Of a DNA stretch of 64,000 bases, positions 45,344-53,446 are shown in pieces. Origin of the DNA: an uncultured Alphaproteobacteria bacterium (GTDB lineage: Bacteria; Pseudomonadota; Alphaproteobacteria; Geminicoccales; Geminicoccaceae); the NCBI GenBank assembly GCA_902826935.1, contig CADEGR010000005.1:1256-65255 (forward strand), written 5' to 3'. Each line of letters begins with the position of its first letter. Within the stretch, counting starts at the first letter, position 1. A program made the translations under genes and the position numbers. Below the pieces are notes generated by a model that searched no databases, was not told where the DNA came from, and saw only the letters and a list, made by a program, of their open reading frames with translations.

Positions 45344-46666
45344 CTACGACTGATTGGCGTCGAAGGCCCAGACCAGATAGCGGCCGGTATTGAGAAACTT
45401 GGCGGGATCCATGGCAGTCCCGTCGACCCGGACCTCGTAATGCAGATGACGGCCGGTGCTGCGGCCGGAGTTGCCGATCACCCCTACGACCTGGCGGAAC
45501 TCGATCTGATCGCCGGCGCGCACGCTGACCGACTTGAGATGGCCGAAGCGGCTGGTGACACCCATGCCGTGGTCGATCTCGACGGTGTTGCCATAGGGGC
45601 CAAGCGGGCCGGCGTGGACAACCCGGCCAGGCGCCGTCGAGCGGATCTTGGAACCCGGCTCGGCCGCGAAGTCCAGGCCGCCATGGAACGCCCATTCGCC
45701 GGTGATCGGATCGCGTCGCTTGCCGAACGGGCTGGTCAGGGCATAGCTGTCCAGCGGCGAGCCCAGCGGCAGGCTGCGCGCTAGCTTCTGCAACGCCGCC
45801 AGGCGCTGGATGTCGCCGGCAATCGGATCCGGTGCCTGCACCGCCGCCGGCTGGGCCCCGGTGCCATTGGCCGGGCTGGCATTGACCAGCTGGAAGGGGC
45901 CGCCCTGGCCGACGCCATTGTCGGTCGCCCGAGCGATCATGTCCTCGACGTCCATGCCGGTCTGCCGGAACAGATCGGTCAGCGCGGTGGCGCTGCCCAG
46001 CACCCAGTCCTTCAGCCAGAGCTGGGCCAGCTTGCTGCCGGTCCGCTCCTCGGCCAGCTGGCTTTCGATCTGGGCGATCCGCCAGCGCAGGCTCATCTCC
46101 GCCCGGCGGCCGGCGTCGCGCTGCGAGCGCAGGTCATGCAGCTGGGTCTGCATCGCGGCCAGCCGCTGCTTGAGCGACGATTTCTCCTCTTCCGCGCTCT
46201 GCAGCAGGCCATCCGCGCCGGCGATCGACTTCTCGAAATCGCTGACCAGGGCGCGCACCTGGTCGCGCTGCTCGGTCACCCGGTCCAGCTGCTTCTCGCG
46301 GGTGGCGAGCTGGGCCACCAGCGTCCGACGCAGCTGTGCCAGCTCGCCCAGCGCTTCCCGCTGCTCCTGGCTCGCCACCTCGAAGTCCTCGAGCTTGTCG
46401 AGCACCGTGAAGGCGGAGCGCTGGCTGTCGGTCAGCATGTCCGAATAGGACTGCTCCAGATCGCGAAAGTCCGCGACCGTATCGGACCACAGCTGGTAGC
46501 TGGTCAGGTAGGTGATCGAGGTGATCGTCAGCCAGGCCGACAAAACGAATGCCGCACTGGCGGTGAGCAGCGTGCGCTTGTAGCTCCAGGCCAGCTTCGG
46601 CAGGCGGCCGAGTCCGCCCATCAAGGCTTTGCCCGACGACCATCCGAGCGCCCGCGGCTGCTTCAT
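45344..46666 (-). CDS. M23 family metallopeptidase with N-terminal TM helix and coiled coil
   Basis: HGGLDFAAEPGSKI...GNTVEIDHG...GNSGRSTGRHLHYEV. A long coiled coil lies between the TM helix and the peptidase domain. Confidence 0.85.
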   Translation of the reverse strand: MKQPRALGWSSGKALMGGLGRLPKLAWSYKRTLLTASAAFVLSAWLTITSITYLTSYQLWSDTVADFRDLEQSYSDMLTDSQRSAFTVLDKLEDFEVASQEQREALGELAQLRRTLVAQLATREKQLDRVTEQRDQVRALVSDFEKSIAGADGLLQSAEEEKSSLKQRLAAMQTQLHDLRSQRDAGRRAEMSLRWRIAQIESQLAEERTGSKLAQLWLKDWVLGSATALTDLFRQTGMDVEDMIARATDNGVGQGGPFQLVNASPANGTGAQPAAVQAPDPIAGDIQRLAALQKLARSLPLGSPLDSYALTSPFGKRRDPITGEWAFHGGLDFAAEPGSKIRSTAPGRVVHAGPLGPYGNTVEIDHGMGVTSRFGHLKSVSVRAGDQIEFRQVVGVIGNSGRSTGRHLHYEVRVDGTAMDPAKFLNTGRYLVWAFDANQS

Positions 46667-46908
46667 CCCGTCACCCCGTGTAACAAAAGCGCCCCTCATG
46701 CCGCACCATGACCATGGGGCATCGCATTGGCGCTCGACGTTTCCCCGTATGTATTCACAGTTTCTTCGGGGGGCTTTGATCGGCGCGGATTATGAAAAGC
46801 TTATCTCAAATCGGCAAGACTTAAGCAGCGCGAAACGTGACGAAAAAGCGCTGGATGCCGGCGCCATGAGCGCCAGGAGCGAACAATCGTGAGGCTGGGG
46901 CGCATCCA

Positions 46909-46960
46909 AGCTGAAGAAAGTTGGCCGGCAAGCTGAAGAAAGCTGGCCAGCTGAAGCCGG
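46909..46960. repeat. short tandem direct repeat in intergenic region
   Basis: AGCTGAAGAAAGTTGGCCGGC / AGCTGAAGAAAGCTGGCC / AGCTGAAGCCGG, about 2.5 copies of an ~18-21 bp unit. Confidence 0.7.
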
Positions 46961-47007
46961 TCAACGGCATGGTGGCCACATGGCCAAGCGGCCGGAACGA
47001 GCGCGCT

Positions 47008-47226
47008 TCAGCCGCAGGCGACCGCGGTCGGTGGCGCTAGGAAGGCGTACCAGGTGACCAGCGCGATGCCCTGGCAGAGCGCGAACAGAATCGCCAGACC
47101 CATGGCCGCCGAGAGAAACTCGTTCACGCTGGTGCCCGAAGCTCGCAGATGCCGCACGCCCTGACAGAGCAGGTGCCAGGCCCCGACCAGGCCGAACAAC
47201 ACAGCGGCCGACTCGAGATAGCTCAA
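47008..47226 (-). CDS. possible small two-TM membrane protein
   Basis: 72-aa ORF with two hydrophobic segments. There is no other support. Confidence 0.25.
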   Translation of the reverse strand: MSYLESAAVLFGLVGAWHLLCQGVRHLRASGTSVNEFLSAAMGLAILFALCQGIALVTWYAFLAPPTAVACG

Positions 47227-47449
47227 GGGCTGCCTCCAGAACTATAACGGTGGAGGACCGACAGACGGGATTGCACTATCTCAAATAGAGTATCAGAAAT
47301 CGCGCCCGGAGCCAGGTGTTTCCATTTGTACAGCTCGGCTGCGTGATGGCGGGCCGGTGCTGGCGGCACCAGGGCAGCAAAACCATGATCGGGCTTGCCA
47401 GCGGCGGCCTGGGACGGCAGATTTCCGGGCTCCACAGCATTCTTGGATC

Positions 47450-48523
47450 ATGCCCTTGGCCTTGCCTGCTCGGATGAGGATCGCTGCGCTGGCTGGCTGC
47501 TTGCTGGCAGCGCTGCTGCCGGCCGACGCTCTGGCGCAAACCCCGGCCGGCGACGCGTCGCTGCCGACCCGCGTGCAGCTGCTGGTCGAGCTCCTGCGCA
47601 ATCAGCTCTCGGCCGAGCAGCTGCGGCATGATCAGCTGGGCAAGGAGCGGGCCGATCTGGCCCAGCCGCTGCCGGCGAGCGCCGGGCCGGCCCAGCGCGC
47701 GCAACGCGAACGCCGCCTGGCCGAGATCGATCAGGCCCTGCTGGATTCTGCGGCGGCATTGGCCCGGATCGAGAACGAGCTGGCGCAGGTCGAGGGCAGG
47801 CCGATCAAGCCGGCCGGCGCCATCGAGCCGCCCGGATCAGATGGCGAGGCTGTGCCGGCAGCAAGCGAGGACGTGCGCGTGACCGCGCAGGGGGTCGAGC
47901 TGGCGCCGGTGACCGGCCCGCTGTTCGACGATGAGCCGCGCCAGATTCAAGAGGCGCTGATTCTGGTCGGCGGCTATGACGGCCGGATCGACGGCAAGCT
48001 CGGGCGCCGCACCGCTGCGTCGATCGAACGTTTCCAGGAGCGGCTGGGCGTGCGCGCGACCGGGCGTCTGACGCCGCGCGAGCAGACCGCGTTGTTCGAG
48101 CAGGCGGACGCGCTGCGCCGCGACTTTCAGCTGATGCGCCTCGCGGATCCCGGCACGGGCGTGCGCCTGGTTTATCCCAGCAAGCTGCTGCCGCTCGAGC
48201 GCGCGGCCGAGGATGGCCGCCGGCAGTTCCTGTCGGCCGATGGCGCCAGCGCGCTGCGGCTTGGCGATGCCGGCCCGCGCGATCGCCTGGCCGGGCTGTT
48301 CCGCGAGCTGGTCGAGCGCTATCAGGTCAATTACAGCCGGCTCGACGATGACTGGTTCGTGGTGACCGGCACGTCCGGCAAGCGCATGGTCTACGATGTC
48401 GCCAGGCGCACGGCCGAGCGCACGGTCCATGTCAGCCTCACCTATCCGATGACCGAGCAGGCGAGCTGGGATCCGTTCACGGTGCTGCTCTACAATTCCT
48501 TCTCGGCGGCACCGCCTGGCTGA
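47450..48523 (+). CDS. secreted peptidoglycan-binding (PG_binding_1) domain protein with coiled coil
   Basis: Signal MRIAALAGCLLAALLPADALA. IQEALILVGGYDGRIDGKLGRRTAASIERFQERLG. The start is 47450 or 47474. Confidence 0.7.
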   Translation: MPLALPARMRIAALAGCLLAALLPADALAQTPAGDASLPTRVQLLVELLRNQLSAEQLRHDQLGKERADLAQPLPASAGPAQRAQRERRLAEIDQALLDSAAALARIENELAQVEGRPIKPAGAIEPPGSDGEAVPAASEDVRVTAQGVELAPVTGPLFDDEPRQIQEALILVGGYDGRIDGKLGRRTAASIERFQERLGVRATGRLTPREQTALFEQADALRRDFQLMRLADPGTGVRLVYPSKLLPLERAAEDGRRQFLSADGASALRLGDAGPRDRLAGLFRELVERYQVNYSRLDDDWFVVTGTSGKRMVYDVARRTAERTVHVSLTYPMTEQASWDPFTVLLYNSFSAAPPG

Positions 48524-48726
48524 GCCTCTGCGGCACAGTGGCTTGCGGCCGGCTTGGGCTTGGCTCATTCTTGTCAACGCTACAGTCGGCTAAAAAAGCT
48601 TTCCTCGCTGTAGAATAGCGCTTTGCAATTGCGGTTTGGCGTTTAAGGATCGACGTCGATTTCGCTCATCCACGGCCATCTCCTGGCCAGTGGAGCAGCG
48701 CGCAAAGCAAAGTTGAGGAAACGATC

Positions 48727-50235
48727 ATGCAGCGCAGCGCCCGACTGAACCAGCGCATCCACTCAGCAAATCTTAGCGCGCGCGGCCGGCCGATCCTGGC
48801 CCGCGAGGCCGTGCGTCTGGCCGCGGTCAGTCTGCTGCTGGCCGTTGGCTGGGGCGGCTCCGGCATCGCGCAGGTGGCGCCACCGGCCAACGTGCTGGTG
48901 CGGGTGCCCGGCCTGAACGACGCGCAGCGCAACATGGCCGGCTCGATCGACGCCGTGTGCCCTAATATCGGCGGGGCCGGCGACCCGGCCCTGACCCAGC
49001 AGCTGTCCGTCGTCTGCAGCAACATGGTCGCGGACGGCGTCGATATTGTTGGACCGGGCACGGTCGATCCGCCGGTGGCCGGCTTCGGCTTGGACGCCGA
49101 TGGCCTCGGCAATGCGCTCCAGTCGATCAATGGCGAGGAGATCCAGGCGGCGCAGTCGCGGGTGACCGAGGTGCGCGGCCTCCAGGTCGGCAACATCGCC
49201 GCGCGCATGCAAGCGGTCCGCACCGGCCGCGTCGGGCCGGGCCTGCAGGTTTCGGGCTTGAGCTTCGATGGTGGCGACACCGCGCTGGCCGGACTGGATG
49301 GCGTCCGGCCATCGCTTCAGGATTTCGAGATCGTGCCGGCGCAATGGCTGAACGACACCACCTGGAGCAAGCTTGGCGTGTTCGTCACCGGCGGCCTCCA
49401 GCTCGGCGACAAGGACTCGACCGGCCAGTCCGACGGCTTCGACTTCGACAGCTTCGGGCTAACGGTCGGCGCCGATTATCGCGTCACCGACCAGTTCGTC
49501 TGGGGTGCGGCGCTGGGCTACAGCAATTTCGATGCGGACTTCGACGCCACGGCCAATACGCCGGCCGGCGAGGGCTTGCAGAGCGACAGCCTGCTGGCCT
49601 CGCTGTTCGCGTCCTTCAGCCTGCCGCAGGGCCTGTTTGTCGACGGCATCGCGACGATCGGCACTGACGGCTACGACTCGACCCGCCGCATCGTCATCCC
49701 GGGCGCCATCGACGAGACGGCGGACGGTGATTTCGACGCCTTCCACTATGGCGTCGCCGCCAATGTCGGCTACGACATTCCGGTCCACGGCTTCACGGTC
49801 ACGCCGGTGGCGCGGGCCGAGTATATCAAAGCCGACCTCGATGGCTTCACGGAGACCGGGGCCGGCGCCCTCAATTTGACCTTCGGCGACCAGAACGCGG
49901 AGTCGCTGACCACCAATCTCGGCGTCGAGGCGTCCTACCCGATCAGCACCGAGGTCGGCGTGTTCGTGCCCAGCGTGCGCGCCGAATATGTCCACGAGTA
50001 CTTGAACGACGACGACGGCGTCACCGTGTCCTACGCGGCCGACAACACCGCGACCAAGGTTTCGGCATTCAATATCACGACCGAGACGGCCGATTCCGAC
50101 TACGGCATCCTGGGCGCTGCGGTCGCCGTCACGGTCGCGGACGGCTGGTCGGCCTTTGTCGACTACAGCACTGTGGTGGCGCTCAGCGACTTCGATATCC
50201 ACAACGTCAACGTGGGTTTCCGCAAGCAGTTTTGA
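48727..50235 (+). CDS. autotransporter (type Va) beta-barrel domain protein with short passenger
   Basis: Signal peptide. C-terminal ~280 aa: GVFVTGGLQLGDKDSTGQSDGFDFDSFGLTVGADYRV...ALGYSNFDADFD... It ends NVNVGFRKQF. Confidence 0.8.
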   Translation: MQRSARLNQRIHSANLSARGRPILAREAVRLAAVSLLLAVGWGGSGIAQVAPPANVLVRVPGLNDAQRNMAGSIDAVCPNIGGAGDPALTQQLSVVCSNMVADGVDIVGPGTVDPPVAGFGLDADGLGNALQSINGEEIQAAQSRVTEVRGLQVGNIAARMQAVRTGRVGPGLQVSGLSFDGGDTALAGLDGVRPSLQDFEIVPAQWLNDTTWSKLGVFVTGGLQLGDKDSTGQSDGFDFDSFGLTVGADYRVTDQFVWGAALGYSNFDADFDATANTPAGEGLQSDSLLASLFASFSLPQGLFVDGIATIGTDGYDSTRRIVIPGAIDETADGDFDAFHYGVAANVGYDIPVHGFTVTPVARAEYIKADLDGFTETGAGALNLTFGDQNAESLTTNLGVEASYPISTEVGVFVPSVRAEYVHEYLNDDDGVTVSYAADNTATKVSAFNITTETADSDYGILGAAVAVTVADGWSAFVDYSTVVALSDFDIHNVNVGFRKQF

Positions 50236-50354
50236 TCGCTCGGGCTGAGCCGGCCGACGCTGCCGACCAGCGCGAGCATTTGGTTCGGGCAATTTGTCGA
50301 GTATTATCCCGAACACTCGTCGGAGCCGGTATTGGCCAAGTGAGGATCATTCCC

Positions 50355-52712
50355 ATGCGCGACGCTCGTTCGACCAGGCCGAGCGGCCTGGCTGCCGGCT
50401 GCAGATGGCTTGGCGGCGTGCTGCTTCTGGGCCTCGCGGCCTGCCAGGCGCCGCAGACGACGGCGCCGGCAACGCCGGGTGCCGGCGCAACGGCCGGGCA
50501 GCCGGCGGTCGCGGACGCCAATGACTTCCTGGTCGTCGATTGCGTGCTGCCGGCCCAGGTCAAGCGCCTGGGTAGCCGGCTGACCTATCTGGGCGCGCGC
50601 CGGGCGCTGCGGACGTCGGGCAGCGACTGCGCGATCCGGGGCGGCGAATATGTCGCCTATGACCGCGGCAACTACAGCACCGCGCTGGCGGTCTGGGAGG
50701 AGAGCGCCAGGAACGGCGACCCCCAGGCCCAGACCTATGTCGGCGAGATCTATGAGCGTGGCCTGACTGGCGCGCCGGACTACCAGAAGGCGGCGCGGTG
50801 GTACCAGGCGGCGGCCGATCAGGACTTCGGCCCGGCGCTGGTCAATCTTGGCCAGCTTTACGAGCAGGGCCAGGGCGTGCCCAAGAACGAGCTGACCGCG
50901 CTCAACCTCTACCGCAAGGCATCCGGCTTCGAGGATGCCCAGATGACCCTGGTGGTGGCCTCGGACATTGCCAGCGAGCTCGACCAGCTGCGCGGCCAGG
51001 TCGGCGCCAAGAGCGCCGAGGCCAGCCGGCTGCGCCAGGAGATCGGCTCCCTGGAAACCGAGCTGGCGGCGCTCGAGAGCGCTCGCCAGACCGCGACCGG
51101 TGGCCCTTTGATCAAGCTCGAGACCTGGCAGGCCGAGCTCGAGCAGGAGCAGGCGGCGGTGGCCGCGGCCGAAGCCCAGGCGCAAGCCCAGGCCAGGGCG
51201 CTGCAGGAGGCTCGCAACACGATCGAGGACGGCCGCCGTGCGCTTGCCAAGGAGCGGGCCGAGCTGGAGGCGCGCCGTGCCCAGGCCTCGATCAATCAGG
51301 CCCAGGCAGACGAGCTGCAGCTGCAGCTGACCGATCTGCAGCGGCGCGAGGCGGCCCTCGACGAGCGGGCCAGCGGCTTCGATGCCCGCGAGGCGCAGCT
51401 GCAGCTGCGCGAGGCAGAGCTGGCCAAGCGCGAAGCAGCGCTCGCGGCCCGGCAGAACGCAGCCGATCGCAGCCCGGCGCCGGCGCCGGCGGCGGTACCC
51501 GACAAGCGCGCGGCCGCGGAGCCGCAGAACCTGGACGCCATCGATCAGCAGATGGCAGCGGTCCGCGAACGGCTGGACGTAACCCGCCAGCGGCTGTTCC
51601 AGGCCTTTGCCGGCGACGATATCGACCTCGCCGGTCCGGCGATTTCGGTGTTCGAGCCGATGGTTGTGCCCAGCCGCGGCCTGACCGTGGTGCCGGCCAA
51701 CGGCGCCGCCGGTCCGCGGCCGGTCAAGGGCAGCATCGAGGCGCCGGCCGGCCTGCAGAGCCTGACCATCAACAGTCAGCCGGCCAAGTTCGAGGCCCGC
51801 GACGGCCGCTATTTCTTCGAGACCAAGGTGCCGCTGGCCCAGGGCGGCACCAAGGTCAGCATCGTTGCGGTCGATCAGCAGGGCAAGCAGGCGGACGTCA
51901 ACTTCCTGCTGCGCGGCACCGGCGATCTGGCCCAGGCAGCGGCCATCCAGCCAGCGGCGGCGGCCTTCGATCAGGTCGAGTTCGGCAGCTTCCACGCCCT
52001 GGTGATCGGCAATGGCAGCTTTGCCAGCTGGCCGGCCCTGCCGACCGCCCAGGCCGATGCCCAGGCCGTCGCCGATCTGCTGGCCCGGCAATATGGCTTC
52101 GAGGTGACCCTGCTGCAGGACGCCGATCGCTACAAGATGCTCTCGGCGCTGAACGACTACCGGGTGCGGCTGACCGAGAAGGACAATTTCCTGATCTACT
52201 ATGCCGGCCGCTGCCAGGTCGACGAGCAGGCTGGCCGGGGCTACTGGCTGCCGGTCGACGCCGCGCCCGAGCGGCCCGACAGCTGGATCTCCAATGTCGC
52301 GATCACCGGAATCCTGGACACCATGAGCGCCAAGCGGGTGATGGTGGTGGCCGACTCCTGCTACTCCGGCACCCTGACCAGCGCTGCCCTGACCAAGCTC
52401 GATCCGAGCAGCTCCGAGCAGGCACGCCTGGCCTGGCTTCAGACCCTGGCGACCAAGCGCTCGCGGACCGCGCTGACCTCCGGCGCGCTGGCCCCGGCCA
52501 CGGCGAGCGGCGGCCATTCGCCGTTTGCTCAGGCGCTGATCGAGGCGCTCGCCAGCAATCGCGACGTGCTGGAAGGTCAAGGCCTGTTCCGGGCCTTGGC
52601 GAGCAAGGTCGCCTATGGCAGCGCTGCCCCGGCGGCGCAGCGGCCGAGCTACGCGCCGATCCGCTTCACCGGCCATGAGGCAGGCGACTTCGTGTTCGTG
52701 CCCAAGATCTGA
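50355..52712 (+). CDS. lipoprotein: Sel1 repeats + ~170-aa coiled coil + Ig-like region + caspase (C14) domain with His->Arg at the catalytic dyad
   Basis: Lipobox LLGLAAC. Sel1 motifs (AQTYVGEIYERGLTGAPDYQKAARWY, LVNLGQLYEQGQGVPKN). The caspase domain runs HALVIGNGSF...LIYYAGRCQVD...YWLPVDA...VVADSCYSG. ATG 50355 follows GAGGA. Confidence 0.8.
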   Translation: MRDARSTRPSGLAAGCRWLGGVLLLGLAACQAPQTTAPATPGAGATAGQPAVADANDFLVVDCVLPAQVKRLGSRLTYLGARRALRTSGSDCAIRGGEYVAYDRGNYSTALAVWEESARNGDPQAQTYVGEIYERGLTGAPDYQKAARWYQAAADQDFGPALVNLGQLYEQGQGVPKNELTALNLYRKASGFEDAQMTLVVASDIASELDQLRGQVGAKSAEASRLRQEIGSLETELAALESARQTATGGPLIKLETWQAELEQEQAAVAAAEAQAQAQARALQEARNTIEDGRRALAKERAELEARRAQASINQAQADELQLQLTDLQRREAALDERASGFDAREAQLQLREAELAKREAALAARQNAADRSPAPAPAAVPDKRAAAEPQNLDAIDQQMAAVRERLDVTRQRLFQAFAGDDIDLAGPAISVFEPMVVPSRGLTVVPANGAAGPRPVKGSIEAPAGLQSLTINSQPAKFEARDGRYFFETKVPLAQGGTKVSIVAVDQQGKQADVNFLLRGTGDLAQAAAIQPAAAAFDQVEFGSFHALVIGNGSFASWPALPTAQADAQAVADLLARQYGFEVTLLQDADRYKMLSALNDYRVRLTEKDNFLIYYAGRCQVDEQAGRGYWLPVDAAPERPDSWISNVAITGILDTMSAKRVMVVADSCYSGTLTSAALTKLDPSSSEQARLAWLQTLATKRSRTALTSGALAPATASGGHSPFAQALIEALASNRDVLEGQGLFRALASKVAYGSAAPAAQRPSYAPIRFTGHEAGDFVFVPKI

Positions 52713-52736
52713 ACGCTGCGGCCGCCGCGGGCGCCG

Positions 52737-53291
52737 CTATAGCGGCTTGGGCGGCGCCAGCTCGTGGTAGAGCAGCTTGGGCTCGCCGGGCCCGAGTGGC
52801 GCCGCGGCAACCGGTGGCGGCTCCGCTGGCGGCGCGGGCCGGGCTTCGGCCGGCGGCTCGGGTTGGACGCCGAGCGCCCGCTCCCTGGCCCGCTCGGCCA
52901 GCTCGACCTGGCGCTGCTTGTCGGCCAGGAACTCCTGCAAGATCGCTTCCTGGTCCGAATTCAAGAGCTGGTTGCGCTCTAGCAGGCTCTCGAACAGCTG
53001 GACCTCGGCCGGCTGCATGGTCGCCTTGTAGGTCAGCAGCTGATCGAGCAGGCCGCGCTGCTTCTGGCTGAGCCCCCCGGTCGATTGGATCGGCTGCCAG
53101 CAGCAGCCGCCCGCCGGGCGCCCGGCCTGCGCCGCGCGATCGGTCAAGGCCGGCCGCAAGCCCGCCAGGGCGGATGCCGTTGGCAACGGCAGCAGCGACA
53201 GCAGGGCCAGGGCGGCCGCAATGCGGACGGGATGCCTCAAGGCAGGCCTTTTCCTTTGCCAGAGCGAGCGGCTAGCTGTGGGATTTATCAC
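52737..53291 (-). CDS. secreted hypothetical protein (signal peptide, CC pair, helical region, Pro-rich tail)
   Basis: RIAAALALLSLLPLPTASALA signal. GGCCWQP. Pro-rich C-terminus. It lies between the two caspase genes on the opposite strand. Confidence 0.4.
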   Translation of the reverse strand: MINPTASRSLWQRKRPALRHPVRIAAALALLSLLPLPTASALAGLRPALTDRAAQAGRPAGGCCWQPIQSTGGLSQKQRGLLDQLLTYKATMQPAEVQLFESLLERNQLLNSDQEAILQEFLADKQRQVELAERARERALGVQPEPPAEARPAPPAEPPPVAAAPLGPGEPKLLYHELAPPKPL

Positions 53292-53446
53292 TGCATTGCC
53301 CCGGCAACCAGCCTACACTGCCGCCTTGGTGCCGCTTGGTGAGTGCGGCCCACACGACCAGGGCGAGGCGAAAATTTTGCGAGAAGGGGCCGCGCGGCGC
53401 GAAATGGCACCCATTTCTATATCGTAGAAAGCCGCTAGGATGACCA

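Noticed and set aside
50304-52676. Very long antisense or alternative-frame ORFs. Examples: 50304-52676(-) 790 aa, 55535-57748(-) 737 aa, 22314-24620(-) 768 aa, 13767-15131(-) 454 aa, 781-1770(-) 329 aa, 50798-52678(+) 626 aa.
   Set aside because: Their translations are Arg/Ala/Gly/Pro-rich with no motifs. They lie opposite or out of frame to genes with clear family signatures. This is the expected stop-codon-poor artefact of a high-GC genome.
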